This document shows, one piece after another, positions 1 to 42,400 of a stretch of 64,000 bases of DNA. Under the pieces are notes generated by a model. It had not been told where the DNA came from. It did no database searches and saw only the letters and a list, made by a program, of their open reading frames with translations. The position numbers were made by a program, and so were the translations under genes. This stretch comes from Eledone cirrhosa (Eukaryota), in NCBI GenBank assembly GCA_964016885.1, contig OZ024743.1, forward strand, positions 282,596,001 to 282,660,000, in the 5' to 3' direction. Numbering within the stretch: the first letter of the stretch is position 1; the number at the start of each line of letters is the position of its first letter.

Positions 1-1089
1 GTATAAATCTTAAGTCACAAAGTCTTTTTTGGCCTATTTCACACCAGGCTGTGAAACAAAATTGTTTTTTAATGTAGATTTATGATCATTAAAACAAAAA
101 TCATTTCACAGCTAACAGCATCTGTATTTCCTCTATTGTCACAAACCAGTCCAAGTTTGTATGTATAAACCTGTCCAAATTGATCAATAGCAACCATACA
201 GATGTTGACTTTCTGAATATACCTACTATAACAACCAAGCTGTTAAAAACATTTAGAAATATTGTTTATTCAATACTGCATTGAAGGTAACTAGATCTGT
301 ATCAAAAAGAATATTATTAAATTAACTTAGATATCTGTATTGGAATATAGTATAATTATAGGCAAATAGATGGTGTGGCACTTGAATGAAGAATAAGGAA
401 TTTCATATGTCAATGATGATATATTATATATGTACTTGGGCTATATACTATATACTTCACTCTTCCAACTCCTACCAAACTTTAAATGTTAAGTTTGCTA
501 TCCAGGTTTCTATCAGTCTTGCAATATTTCAGGGAAACTATGAGAGTAGATCCAAGATCAGGATAGATCTAGATATGAAGACAATGAGTCACTGATACAC
601 CTATCGCTATATGGTTACTGACTATGCAGTAGACCATAAGAAATCATACATGAATTACTGATTGCTGGACAGTGATACTTAATATTGAATGAGGAGACAC
701 AGAAGTTAGAGATTGAAGAGTGGCAAGTCATAGCAAGTTAAAATTAAATAAAATATATTAGCAATGGGTCACACAAACATTAAACGGATCAAAAGTTATT
801 TTCTTGAACATCTATTCAACCATAACTGTAATCAGATTAAAATTTTAAAATCATTTATTAGGTCCTATCTGTTGAAACACAACCTATCTGGTTTTAGTGT
901 ATAGCTTGTATGACTTGTTTATACACACATGCGGAAACATCAGAGATTTGCATATCAAAGAGGCAATACTAATTACTAGATTGAACCCCTCATAAACAGC
1001 AAGAACAAGTTAATTGGCGTCTGTGATTATACTAATCTGAACATATCACCAAATATCTATGTAGAAGAGTTCCAGTCATCATCTTCACC

Positions 1090-1232
1090 ACACTCCATTT
1101 CAAGAGGGTCCTAACCTCTAAATATCATGAAATATAAAGTAGAAGTATAAACTTGTTTTTGTTTGTCTTACTTTACTTTAGTTTTCACTCCTGTATTTCT
1201 AATTTGCACTGTACCAGCTTTCCCAAAGCAGT
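1090..1232. repeat. Single arm of the foldback repeat family seen at 21022-21385
   Basis: gtcctaacctc..aatatca..aaatataa...ttcactcct.tattt.taatttgca..t.c..gctttcccaaa matches 21250-21385. Confidence 0.7.
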
Positions 1233-2384
1233 AACTAAATATTGTTTGTTTTTTTCCCACCACATAATTATTTCCAGGCTATGTTAACACTAATTTAACT
1301 AATCAAAAAAAAAAAAAAAAATTGTTTCCTTGGAATTTCAGCCATAGCCACCTTGTCATTAAGGATATGATGTCCAGATATAATTTACCATAAACTTTAG
1401 TGTATAAATCAACCTGGCATACAAATCAATTTTAAGGTTCTTAGCTCAAGTCTATATCTACCCTAGAGATCAATCCGCAATCATAAGATAGGGTCTACCA
1501 TGGTTGGTCTTATTTATGGCCATCCTTGAGATGTTCTCTTGACTATGATATAGACTATATAAGAGCAAAACATCTTAGTGCCCATTCTACAAAATATTTA
1601 AGTAAACCATATTCATTGTAACTGCAAGGATTACAGTCAGTGTATGAAAACAGTGCATGGTTTTATGTTATATACAATTTTTTTAATTATTATTATTTTG
1701 AATCACTGGTAAACTATTTGTTAAATACATTAATATATTCTTTATTACAGTCAACCTTTAACTGAAAATATCTGTGGCAACTTACTGGATTTACATAAAG
1801 TAGTGCATATCAGTTGTTAGGAGCTCTGTTCTTGTTTAAAATTCAGAGGAGAGGGAGTAAATATTTGTAAGTCAACCCTCAGTTTTGGAGAGATCCCCCC
1901 ACCCCACCCCCCGGCTTAAAATGTTGACTTGTACACCACAAATTATGGTAGGGATTCAAAATGATAGTAGTAACAACTATGCATAAGATTGCTTGTTGGC
2001 TAACTGGCAGACACTGAAGTTTCAAAGAACAGCAGAGCCTAACAGAACAAACACATTTAAGTAAGTTACAGTAGCTCTGTAGTTAGCTACATTAGATCCT
2101 CCATCTAAAATTGGGTGTCTACCCAATTGTAGATCAGATATCTACATAACTCTGAAAATAAAATGCAACTAAGATGATGTCAAAGTTTGAGAAAACTAAA
2201 AAGACTGTAAAATAAAAACAACAAATAGATAAACAGCTTTACTCGCTCAGTGGAAATAATGTGATAAGTGTTCAGAAAAAGGTTAACATTTCTAGATCTT
2301 TGATAGTGGCAATGGCACTGAAGATCTCAGTAATATTTGATAGCTTTCTTCTATTTCCTCTATTTGTATAGTTTTAATTATATA

Positions 2385-2424
<40 letters not shown>

Positions 2425-2769
2425 GAAAGTGAGATCTGTTAGAAACACAAATACAACCTTGCTGTCTAGAATATGTATAATAACTGAGGATAAAATACCA
2501 GTAAACCTATTTCATTGTTAAACATTCCAAACTAGAGCTGGCTACTAATCCAACATAGATACCGAGTATGATTAAATTGGTAGGAAGTTTTATAAATTGT
2601 AATGGTCTTAGTGTTGAAAGCTGATTAGCTCTACAGTAAATAAAAAGACAAAAGAAGAAATTGATATTCAAAACCAGATTCATATGAATAGGGATCTTTA
2701 AATGAATAAGCTGCAAACTACAAGCTTTGAATACCAAGGCTCACGCTGAACAACCAAATTTACAACTAT

Positions 2770-3000
2770 ACCATCATCATCATTTAATGTCCATTTTCCC
2801 TGCCATCACCAACATTACCAGTTAATGACTATTTTTCATGCTTGCATGGATTAGATCGACTATCATGTTATGAGGCTAGAGTGGTCAGGTGACCATATCT
2901 TGCTCATGCACTCCATTTTTAGCTTGGTTTTATTTGGCTGGATGTTCTTCCTAATGCCAACCACATTACTGTGTAAACAGGAGATAGTTTTATGACACTA
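2770..3000 (-). mobile_element. Old RTE LINE 3' tail fragments
   Basis: (cat)n tail, ttaatgtccattttcc and ctggatgttcttcctaatgccaaccacatt resemble the reverse complement of the RTE 3' UTR at 48250-48405. Confidence 0.55.
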
Positions 3001-3529
3001 GCATGAGCCCCTAAATAAATGTGTGTGTGTGGGGGGGGGGGGTGTCTCTGTCTGTCTGTGTCTGTGTGTGTGTGTGTACACACAAAGACTTGCTGAACAC
3101 ACACCGAAACTGCTTGGCACCACAGTCAGGATTTTACCTAACTCTGTATACATACACATACATACACACGCATGTGTGTGTATGTATGTGTGCTCAAAGA
3201 TACAACACACCACCCAGCCTTAGAATCAAACTCACAACCTCATGAGTATAAGCCCGACACTAACCACTAAGCCAGGCCCCTTCATTATAAATTTTTTTTT
3301 TTCATGTCCATATTCCAGGCTGGTATGGGTTGGACAGATTGTCATGGTCTGAGACTAGACAGGTTAGATACGTCTTATCTTGCTCATACATTGCACACAC
3401 ATACACATAACTGTAATTTTAAAGTTGGTGAACGGGAGAGTCGGTTGTAACTTACTAAAAATTCTCTATTCATTTGAATTTGGTTTTGAACATAAATTGC
3501 TTGTGTAGTCTTATATATATATATATAAG

Positions 3530-3876
3530 GATGGAGGCACATGGTTTAGTGGTTAGAGCATTGGGCTTGCAATCGAAAGGTTGTGAGTTCAATTCTCAGA
3601 CCGGGTGATGTGATGTGTTGTTTCCTTGAGCAAGACACTTTATTTCACATTGCTCCAGTTTACTCAGCTGTAGAAATGAGATGATAGGACTGGGGTCCAT
3701 ATCATTCCACTGCAAAGTGGTCGTGGAGGTGCCACGGCAAAAAAGCACCCAGCACTCACTGTAAATGAGGTTGGTGTTAGGAAGGGCATCCAGCTGTAGA
3801 AATCAAGCCAGAATCAGTTCCCGTCCCACCCTTGCAAGCAGGGAAAAGCGGACGTAAAATGAAATGAATGAAATGA
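3530..3876 (+). mobile_element. tRNA-derived SINE with an RTE-like 3' tail
   Basis: A-box-like TGGTTTAGTGG and B-box-like GAGTTCAATTC. The 3' part ggttggtgttaggaagggcatccagctgtagaaa...ggacgtaaaa(tgaa)n is shared with the RTE 3' UTR. Flanked by (TA)n. Confidence 0.8.
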
Positions 3877-4174
3877 TATATATATATATACGATCAAAAT
3901 AATATTTAATGATGGTTTACTTCAAAGTTTTGCCAATGCTATCAGATTCTCAAAAATCTATTAGATATTGTTTATGTATGAATGACATTTAGATATAATC
4001 TGAGAGATATTTTAAATTTTGCATCTATAGTTCCATGTAAGTATAGGCTAGATAAAGCCTGATAAGAAGTACAGCAATATAATATGAAACAAAATTTACA
4101 GCTTACACCTATGAATGAGGTGGCATCTCATAGGTTTCTCATAATTTTTAATAATATGAGGCCCCAGTCTTATA

Positions 4175-4285
4175 AAAAGCAATATGAAATGAAGCATCTT
4201 GCTCAAGAACATGGCCCTGATCCAAGAATCGAACCTGACCTTATGATTGTGAGTCCAACACTAACTGCAAAACCATGTGCCTTCA
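4175..4285 (-). mobile_element. Degenerate SINE head, same family as 3530
   Basis: Reverse complement of the tRNA-like head: cttgctcaagaaca...gaatcgaacc...gattgtgagtccaaca...ccatgtgccttc. Confidence 0.55.
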
Positions 4286-6750
4286 CAGCAATATAACACA
4301 AACTTAACATAATATTAATATATATATTCCTCTACCTTACTATAATATATTTCTAAGTGGGAATGTAAAGAACACCAACTTTATTATCAATACAGAATAT
4401 TTCCATTCAGATCACACTGAACTTTTAATAGTATAAATAGCATGGTGTCAACTGCATTGGCTAAATCATTTAGCATCAAATTTATTAACAGCAGATAATC
4501 TACAAAACTATAGTTAGTTGTATATGTGAGAGAGATATGTAGCGAAGAACAGTCTTTCTATCACTTTCAGATTATCTCTAAAACAAATAACTTAAAAGAA
4601 AAAAATAATTACAAAAGTATGTGCAGAAGGCTAAGGCTATATAATGAATTAAACTGATTAAGTGGATTTTAACAGTTATTGCACAAATTATTTTCTTTAA
4701 GGCTTAACATTAGCCAAATCTGCCGACAAAGATTATGGTTTACAACTGTACTCTAATTCCATGTCCCTGATGAAAGAGACAATGTATCACACACAGAAAG
4801 CTTCTGATGGCTTCCATTTCAGATTATGCATCTAAAAATATTCAATTTAACAAAATGCACACATAAATGTGTATAATAACCTGCCAAATTAGTCACTGGC
4901 TCCACTTTTCAGACTAAATTTATTCAACTGATACATTCTAGCTATACCAAATGAATTTTTAATCAAAATTAATAAAAGATGCATCCATTGGAGCAAAAGA
5001 GACAGTATAATACCATTTTGGTAGCAAAGCTGTACAGACAGACAACAAACATTTGAACAGTTCATATACAGCTTGCCAATTCTAATACCACTAATAAGAT
5101 GGTTATGCAACAAAGATATTTATTTTTTGTATTTCTGATTTGACAAAACAAACATTTGGAAACAGTTACTGTCAATAGAATGACGAAAATAGAACTGAAA
5201 TAGGTTGAATCATTAGTTAGGTAGATATGAAATTAATTAATTAATTAGATATGAAAGTATCTTTTATCTGTCAGACTATTTTCTTTTAAGTAAATAGAAT
5301 CTTTGGAAAGTAGAAGCACTATTATATATTCAACATAGCATGCTTATTATGTAAATCAAAGTAGGTATAACATTATATATATATATATTAGAAAGTTGGG
5401 GCCTGGTGGTTGAGCTCTTGCTGTTTTGACAGCAAATTCCAGACTTTAGAATTTCCAGACACCAGTCTCCAATTCTAATATATATTTACACTCTACTATC
5501 CCAAGTATCTAGTCCTCTTACGAGTTTAAAACTGGTTTATATATATATGTATAAACTGCTTTTAAATATAACACTATTTCAAAATAACTGGGAAGCACAG
5601 AATCTAAACTGTTTAAAATGCGTTTCTGATACAAAGCTTGGCAGTAAGAGATTTTGTGAGAACATGTAAATCTATTTTCAAGTCTGAATTACAAGAAATA
5701 AATAAATGAAGACAACCGATTGATGGTGACTACTAAGAAGCAGTGAAGTACATGATTCCATTTATTATGTTGAGTCTTGAAGGCAAAGAAATGGAAATTT
5801 TAATACAGTAACAATCAAATTCTACCTGTAAAGAAGTAAGGCACAGCAAATGGTACACACAGTAGCAAATTTAAAGAGAAACATAGGTTGTGGTGTGCTG
5901 CATCAATTGTGTATGAGGCTGGAGTGTTACAAGCTAGAATGCTTCCAGGAGAATTATGGTTATTATTTTAACAATGTTACACTGTGACCAACATTGACAA
6001 CCTTGGTGATAAAACTAACAACAACCACCACTAAGTGCTTGGTACTGAATAAATAAATGTTCAATAAAATACACAAAACTTGTGATTTGGCTTGGAATGA
6101 TTTGGCCTGACTTACTGTCAAGTATCTTCACAGCAATATTCAATTGCTTAAAACTATCCATTTCAAAGGCAAATTCAAGAATTCCTTCAAAATGTCAGAA
6201 TATACGTTTTGTTTAAAAACTTAATACAAAGAATGAACAAAAAGATATTTAGAATATTCCACCCCTTCCAGATAACATTGGACAGGTGTGGGTGTCTAGT
6301 TTAAGAAACTCATTAGAGAGACAAAGAATTAACACCACTATATAAATATACAACAAAAATTGGCCACAACACAAACTGCTCATGCCATGTCTAGCAAGAA
6401 GCTAACATCAAATAACTTTACTGAAATTATACTAAGCCATGGTAACATCAAATAATATATAAAGCCAGGCCATACAACATTTCTATACAGGGGTCCAGTT
6501 AGGCTAAAATTAGCTGATAATATCGAACAGCACACCTGAATTGCACAATAACAAACTGGAAAATAGCTTGCTCATTGATAACAACTAATTGAACCAGAAT
6601 ATTCAATAAAACATTGAAGAGATTAGAAATAAAAGAGACATTCAATCTTTCATTGAATTAGGCTATAATGATAGCTACAATTCAGGTTTGAATTCAATGG
6701 GAAGAGTGTACAAAGTAATAGAAGACAATGATACAACATAAACACATACG

Positions 6751-6783
<33 letters not shown>

Positions 6784-7215
6784 TTACACGCACACACACA
6801 TTGAGCAGACAACAAAAATAGACTTACTGTGAAGGGTGCTAATTGAAAACAATATTTACAATATAACTGGTCAATGAATAGCCACTAAAAAGGAGCAAGG
6901 GTGTCCTTATGTAAAACTATTTCTGTAGAATCTGGATCATTTGTATTAAGAGATAACTAAAGTAATTGTAATTGGAAAACAATATGAAATATTTTACAAC
7001 TGAAGCAATTTAGAAGTTAATTATTAATTAAATTAATTTATAGGGAAAAAAAAAATCAACAGTTATTCTATAATTAGTAAGAGTTATGTTTATGTTATAA
7101 AGCTTTCAATGAACAAATATCCATAATTAAGCTAAAAAAAAATCAGACAAAACAAACATGCAATTATGTACAAGACAAAGAATATTAAATTTTAAAAAGA
7201 AACAACTCAAATTCA

Positions 7216-7218
<3 letters not shown>

Positions 7219-7300
<82 letters not shown>
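7219..7300. repeat. (GA)n microsatellite
   Basis: Direct inspection. Confidence 0.98.
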
Positions 7301-7302
<2 letters not shown>

Positions 7303-7731
7303 AGCGTCAATTTAATATATTTGGATAATAAAACCAGTTTGGTTTCAAATTAATCTAGACCTACACGTGGGTCCACTCTAAGCATTTGGCATTTTGTTTC
7401 TATGTAAATATAGTTGATAGCATTTTATGTTTACAAATAAGTTTTAACACAAAAACAATCAAAATAACCACAAACATATATGGATGTTATGATGATATTG
7501 TTAAACAGTATACTTTTAATGACACCAGTAAAAACATTGTATCTTCAATGCGTGTGTGTAAAAAGGGATAAAGATCCCATAACTCCTTGTGGAGTCATAG
7601 AGGCACCGTTACACGGTGTGTCTAGGGCACTTTTAAGCCTGGTGGAGCCCAACTCTCTCCAGGTCTGAACACAGCCAATTTTTTCTATAGAGGAAGAATC
7701 GACCCCAGTACTGGACTGGATTGGACTGGAC

Positions 7732-7824
7732 GTGTGTGTGGTGTGTGTGGTGTGTGTGGTGTGTGTGGTGTGTGGTGTGTGGTGTGTGGTGTGTGGTGTG
7801 TGGTGTGTGTGTGTGTGTGTGTGT
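7732..7824. repeat. (GT)n/(GTGGT)n compound microsatellite
   Basis: Direct inspection. Confidence 0.95.
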
Positions 7825-8387
7825 GCACAAACACTTCCTCCATATCTGTTTTACCATTTGCAACTGTGCTGTGTGAGTGAGAGAGTGTGTATATACTGAT
7901 GGTGATGAATGAAACAACTGTCAATAAGTAAGAGAGGCAGTGTATATTGGATATGTATTGTGTAGTTTACAGAGAGTATATTTTTGTTAGTAACCTGGGT
8001 TACATGCAAAATGAGTGTGTCTTCCATCATTCATTAGTGAACTTGGGGCCTGGCTGTAAATAATCAGAACCTCAACTTGACTGATGAATGTTAGTATACA
8101 CACATTGTTGCTATGAAACTCAAGGTAATAGACAAAAAAAATGTAACTACTCTAATTTACGTAATATATGTAAAAATACTAGTGTACATTCTAAAAAAAA
8201 TGTAAAAAAAAATACCTCAAAATAATCAATATTCAAAACAATGAAAAACAGAAATAATTGTGTTGTAAAGAAGCTATTGTTAGTGTAATTTGAATAGATT
8301 TCAAAATGATGATAATCACATTAATTTAGAGAAACAAATCAAAAGAATCAAATCTCTAATCCACTACTAGTGTGTGTAGTGTATGAG

Positions 8388-9015
8388 GGAGAGGGAGAGA
8401 GAGTAAATCTGTGAGAGAAAGAGAGAGTAAATCTGTGAGAGAAAGAGAGAGTAAATGTGTGAGAGAGAGAGTAAATGTGTGAGAGAGAGAGTAAATGTGT
8501 GTGAGAGAGAATAAATGTGTGTGAGAGAGAGTAAATGTGTGTGAGAGAGAATAAATGTGTGTGAGAGAGAGTAAATGTGTGTGAGAGAGAGTAAATGTGC
8601 GTGAGAGAGAGTAAATGTGTGTGAGAGAATAAATGTGTGTGAGAGAATAAATGTGTGTGAGAGAGAATAAATGTGTGTGAGAGAGAGTAAATGTGTGAGA
8701 GAGAGAGTAAATGTGTGAGAGAGAGAGTAAATGTGTGAGAGAGAGAGTAAATGTGTGTGAGAGAGTAAATGTGTGTGAGAGAGTAAATGTGTGTGAGAGA
8801 GAGTAAATGTGTGTGAGAGAGAATAAATGTGTGTGAGAGAATAAATGTGTGTGAGAGACAGAATAAATGTGAAAGAGAGAGAGAGAGAATAAATGTTAAA
8901 GAGAGAGAGAGAATAAATGTTAAAGAGAGAGAGAGAGAGAATAAATGTGTAAGAGAGAGAGAGAGTAAATGTGAAAGAGAGAGAGAGAGAGTAAATGTGT
9001 GTGTGTGTGTGAGAG
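8388..9015. repeat. Minisatellite with 18-24 bp unit (GA)n-RTAAAT-(GT)n
   Basis: About 30 tandem units of gagagagagtaaatgtgtgt. Source of the spurious HTFTLSL ORFs. Confidence 0.97.
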
Positions 9016-9360
9016 CATGTCTGCATGTGTGAGAAAGAGATAGAGAGACTGTGTGTGTGTCTGTGTGTGAAAGAGAGAGAGAGAGTGTGTGCATGTGTGA
9101 GTGAGAGGAAGAGAGAGAGAGAGAACATGTGTGCATGTGGGAGAGGGTGAAAGAGACTGTGGGAGAGGGTGAAAGAGACTGTGTGTCAGTGTGTGTATTC
9201 CTCTGAGCAATATAGTATATTTCTCTAAAAAAAAAAAAAAAAAGATTTTACATGATTTTTAAAGCAATATTAAGATAGTATTAAATGTCATCATATTATA
9301 AACAAGAAGGATAAAATATATTTTTTTTTAAATGATACATAGTGAATAACAGTCACGAAC

Positions 9361-37400
<28,040 letters not shown>

Positions 37401-37516
37401 CTAATCAAGTACAAATATATATATACAGCTGTACAAAAGCCATGGGTACAACATTCCATAAAAGTGGTGGTAATAAAAAGTCATCAAAATTATTTATTGC
37501 TAATATACACACACAT

Positions 37517-37550
<34 letters not shown>

Positions 37551-40500
37551 AAAAATGAAAAAAAAAAAAAAAAAATATTTTTCATGTCACATTTTTCACA
37601 TTAGATATGAATAAAATAAAGTTTATAAAGAAACATTTTCCAAATATTAGAATAAGAAAATTTCTTTCAAAACAAAAACAATATTCATCTTGCTGCAAGG
37701 TGTATAAAAGTAATTTGATAGACAAATGTAAAAGCAACAAAATAATTTAATTAATTTTATTTGTTTGTTTGTCTATCTAGCCTCACACAAAACAAGGATG
37801 GGAATGTAACAGGTTCACACAGGTTGGTTAGTTTCTTTTTAGTTACTTTTTTAAATTATTAAATATTTACAGGCAAAATAAATTTAATATTGAGAAAATA
37901 CTTTCAGAGCCAAACTAATGAGTAAATTGATTAGTTATAAATATTTGATTGTTAAATAACTAAATGGTTGTTGAAAATAAAAAATCAAAAATTAATGATT
38001 GATTCAGCAGAAAATAAAACTATTTCTATTACTGCGAAATGCGTCAATATTAAGCCTTTTGTATATTATAACATCCATCTACATCCACAAAAAAAAGCAT
38101 AAATGTAAGCATATGGAGAATATATTATTGACTAGTAGCTAAAACAAAACTATAATATCAATTTCAAAATATCAGATGGTCCAAAGAGACAGAACTGTGA
38201 ATGTTGCTACATGGTCCAAAGAGACAGAATTATGAATATGTTACCCAAAAAGGGAAGCACGAGTAAGATATGCCCAAAGAACCAGCCCAACTCATGGGGT
38301 TAGTTCTTGCAGATGATCATAGCCATCCCAATTGCAGTAAGTAGAGAGGTGGCTCAGAGACCCAGGGCATCAGATATGTGTCCTCTATTATGGGTTAGAT
38401 AATAAACCTATCAGAGAGCAATTGATACTTTGGCAGCTTGCAATCTGGTAAATTTAATGTCAGACCATTTCTATTACTACTAGAAGAATAGAACCTGAGG
38501 AACAATGATGTTTGGTGTTGGCTTTGCTTTCACTCCAACACAGAGTACTGCCAAAAACATTATACTTATCTTCTTCCCTGTGACAAAACTTGTTCTACTG
38601 TTTTAATCAGTGAGGGAAGAACAGCATTTATGACACCCCATCTACCCAACACCTCCGAGACAGATGAAGAAGGAATCCTCAAACAGGAGACTTGGTCTGA
38701 ATGCTTTCCACAGAATGAACTCCACTAAAAGTACACAATGTGTTAGGTAGCAACATTAAACTGAGCAACAGATTAAGTTTACCAACCAAAATTACATAAC
38801 ATAAAAATAAGCAGGAATACAGCAATGCATCTCATCCGATACTAATTATTTCATCAACCTACTGCTCTGGACTGGTACAATATTTTATTGATCCTAAAAG
38901 GATGAAAGGCAAATTTGATCTCAGCATGATTTGAAGTCAGGGGACTGAACCAGAACAAAACCTATAAGGCATTTTCTCCTGTGTTCTAATGACTACCAAT
39001 TTGCTGCCATAAAATTATTGTAATTCTATTATTACATTTTAGGTCTCATAAATAACTTAAAAGTTATGTTGAACTAAATATCCTTCAGACAGTTATTTTC
39101 GTTTTTTGTTGTTCCTGTTTAGAGAATGCTTAATTAGTTAAGACAACCATTGACTAACTCAAATTTGTGTCAGCTTCAATAACTCTGTTTACTTTAGAAA
39201 TTTACAATTTCACACAATATTCTTTACAAACTTTTTTGTTACACTCCATACAATATTCCCCATCTGGAATATAGTTTTCTTAAAAATATACCCTACTGTT
39301 AAATAAGTATTTACACTTATAAAAATAATAAGGTTGATATATCAGCCTGCCAATGTTATGCTAGAAAACAAATGCTGATCTCTTTTTTAAGAGATCAGCA
39401 TATACATACTTTTCTCTGTCTATTGAAATATAGTAAAAAGAGTTTCATCTTGCCAGAAGCTTCAGTAGGCTTCATCCACAACAGAATAAAATAAGGACAA
39501 ATATCTTCTGGATATTTTAAAGTTTTACCTCTAACATTTAAATGCCATGGACAATGAAAATAAAATCTTAGGATTTATGGCATTTGGAAATAAAGCAAAA
39601 AACCTTTTACTACTAAGACAAAATATCATCAGCTTAAAGACTCACAAGAAACTAAAAATAAGACATATCAAGAGAAGATCAACAACCCATAGTGTCATAC
39701 AATGGTAACATGCCTTAACAAATAATCTAATTAGAGTATGGTTTTTTTTATTTCTCTCTTGGCAATTCACTATAGATTTTACACTCAACTAGAAGAGCTG
39801 CCTCCAATGAACCATAAAATAGTCTTTCACCTATAAGCCATATACTTGATATAATCAATACATTATTTATATTGATACTAGCCTACAAACAATTTAAATC
39901 CTTCATGAAATATGATGCCAGAACTTATAGGTAGCAACCAGCTAGTATCAACTAGCTCTGTGTCATAGCTATAGTTAAATAGAACTGATCTCTGGGTGCA
40001 GTGGGGGAGGGTCCACTAAACAACAACAACTTTGAGCTAAAGTTCAAGCTAGGTTGAAAGAATTCAATAAAAACATTTAATGAAATCCCCCTTAACAACT
40101 AAAGAAGAATGGATGCCAGACTAAAGTAATACAAGAAGTCCATTTGGGAGAGAGAAGGGGTGTGGGTCCACATTTCAGTAACCGTAGTGTTACATGCAAC
40201 TTAAAAGCTAAGAAATTCAATATTTGAATCACAACAGGTGCAACAGTAAATGTATGAGAAAAAGAAAATGTGTGTAAAAGAGTATTGTGGTTTTTAAATG
40301 TTTCCTTTCTTTCATCTAAGCATGCTGGATATAGACAGAGAAGCACACTAATACAAATTCAAATGAATAATTAATTTAGTTATGTTTGTATGCTAGATTC
40401 AATCACAAGAGATTTCATCTAATGTATTTGATTGCTAAAATTTGATTAAGAGTTTTATAAAAAAAATACCATTTTATGTATGGCTAGAAATGGTTAAGAC

Positions 40501-41299
40501 ATGGGCCAATTAGTAAGTGGTGAGCCCATGAATGAACAGTCAGGGCATGGTGGAAATTATATAAGCTATTCACAAAATAAGCACTGTACAAAAGATACTA
40601 TTATTCAGCAACAAACTGATTAATAGAATAAAATAGAGATTGCAAAGGCACAAAAAGTGAATGGTGACATTAAGTCCAAGTCGATATTTTAACTATATTT
40701 TCCCAAATGGCATTGGTAAAGACAAGAATGCTATAACTGTTTGGCTACAACTAAAGCCAACAAGATCAATCAATCATTTGGTTAGGAAAAGTCAAAAGAA
40801 TTGGATCTCTTTGCTGCACTATTGTGAGATAAGTAAAAATTGATTGAAACCATTGTATAACAAAAAGAACTGTATGAAATATTTGACATAAAACAAAGCT
40901 ATCTTTCAAATTGTAAATTCATTTTATTTCAACAACAAAAAAAAATTAACTTGAAATGAAATAAAAACAAAATAGATAATCATAACATTAAACTTTTTTT
41001 TTAAATTTAACACCAACTATTTCCTTTGCTGCTTTTTATTTAAAGTTTTAACTAAATAGTGAAAACTTTACAAAGCTGATAGCTGCACAATATTGTTCAA
41101 TAAGAAAAATACTCAGGCTGAAGAGTAATAAATATTAACACTCAATAACTCTTAGATAAATGTCAATTATTTAGTTGCAAGTTACCATATGAAATATTTT
41201 AATACATAAAAGAAATAATTTATAAATCAAAAGTATATTAATTATACTACAAGATTGTGTAATTAGCTAGCATGATACAAATAATAAAACATCTGTTGA

Positions 41300-41582
41300 G
41301 ATTTGGCTGTGTAGTTAAGAATTTCACTTTACAACCATGTGGTGTTGGACTGATCAATGCTTTGAGAGTGAAATTTAATGAACAGAAACTGTATAGTGTG
41401 TGTCACGTGTGTGTGAGTGTCTTTACATTGTCACAGCTTTAAAAAAATTAAAAAAACTCAGTGGATCAATAAATAAGCATCAGACTTCAAAATAGGTACT
41501 GGAGGCAATATAGTTGACTAAGCCCTTCAAGGCAGTATACCAGCATGGGCACAGTCTTATGACTGAAAGCTGTAAAAGAATA
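41300..41582 (+). mobile_element. Degenerate SINE
   Basis: tggctgtgtagttaagaa head and a gcccttcaaggcag..ccagcatgg.cacagtc..atgactgaaa..taaaaga tail recognised from octopus-type SINEs. Confidence 0.5.
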
Positions 41583-42184
41583 ATAGCTAAACAGAACATA
41601 TTTTAAGACTTGCATTATAAACTTAAATGTTTACCTCAAGTTCATAGATCATTTATAAAGTAATGTTTAACCCAGATAAAATCCCAAAATATAACTTTAC
41701 AATAATCAAATCAAAAGATAAGAAACTGGTTTTTGATCTTTGAACTACAAAAACTTAAAAATATATGCATGATTGAAAACAACTGAATAGAGTATGAGAA
41801 GTGATGAATGAAATAATGATATAGCTTTAAATTGAACTCCCAGCAAAATTATATAATTGCGAGCTAATTTGTAGTCCAGGATCTTTACTGTCGATGCAGT
41901 ATCATCTATTTTTTACCTCTCCTAAATTAGAAAGGAGTGGACTGATCTGTATTATCACCACTTCCTGTTGTCATATAAAAATACAAGCCACCTCCCACCT
42001 CCTGAGTAGCAAAAATATTAGTGTATAGGATAATCTAAATTTGATAGTCAGCCAAATACAGTACCAATCATTTCTTACTGGTGAAGTTTAAGTATGTAAT
42101 GCTATAATCAGTTTAACTGTTTTATCCATCTTTATCAATCATACTACTAGAACCTCAGTAACCACTTTCTTCTATGGCAATCTA

Positions 42185-42400
42185 ATAGCAGTCAAACATC
42201 AGAAGTGAGTTCTTTTTCATCCTGCTTTCAAGTAGAGTGTATTCCAATGTGTCATCAGTTCTTGAGATGTGTCTAAAATAGCAAAGTTTTATTTGAGCAA
42301 CAGTTTTCAGAAGTTTTACGACATGAAATAAAGACTGCAATATATTTTTTAAACAGGCCCCTCTACCTAAGGCCTGAATGTGTTCTTTGTTAACCCACAT
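42185..42400 (-). pseudogene. Old RTE/BovB-like LINE C-terminal fragment
   Basis: KLCYFRHISRTDDTLEYTLLESRMK resembles the RTE C-terminal KLxYFGHIxRxxxxLEKxI motif. Confidence 0.5.

Noticed and set aside
1262-1290. Possible SH3 end (NYV) and GW codons near 1520 on the minus strand
   Set aside because: In-frame stops nearby and no ALYDY/LPANY context. No SH3 exon was identified in the window.
3535-3605. tRNA-like A/B boxes
   Set aside because: Head of a SINE. No intact cloverleaf, and it continues into the SINE body.
4767-4805. CTGATGA...GAAA hammerhead-like boxes
   Set aside because: No convincing stem II or stem I pairing, and no PLE context.
4889-4941. Possible alternative terminal exon ARMYQLNKFSLKSGASD* in phase 1
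   Set aside because: Weak acceptor, no similarity to SH3 or Lasp, and expected by chance.
8388-9015. Regularly spaced repeats superficially like a CRISPR array
   Set aside because: No unique spacers, no cas genes, eukaryotic context.
8348-9210. Long ORFs of 253-262 aa rich in H/T/L/S
   Set aside because: Translations of the GA/GT minisatellite, with no splice or domain evidence.
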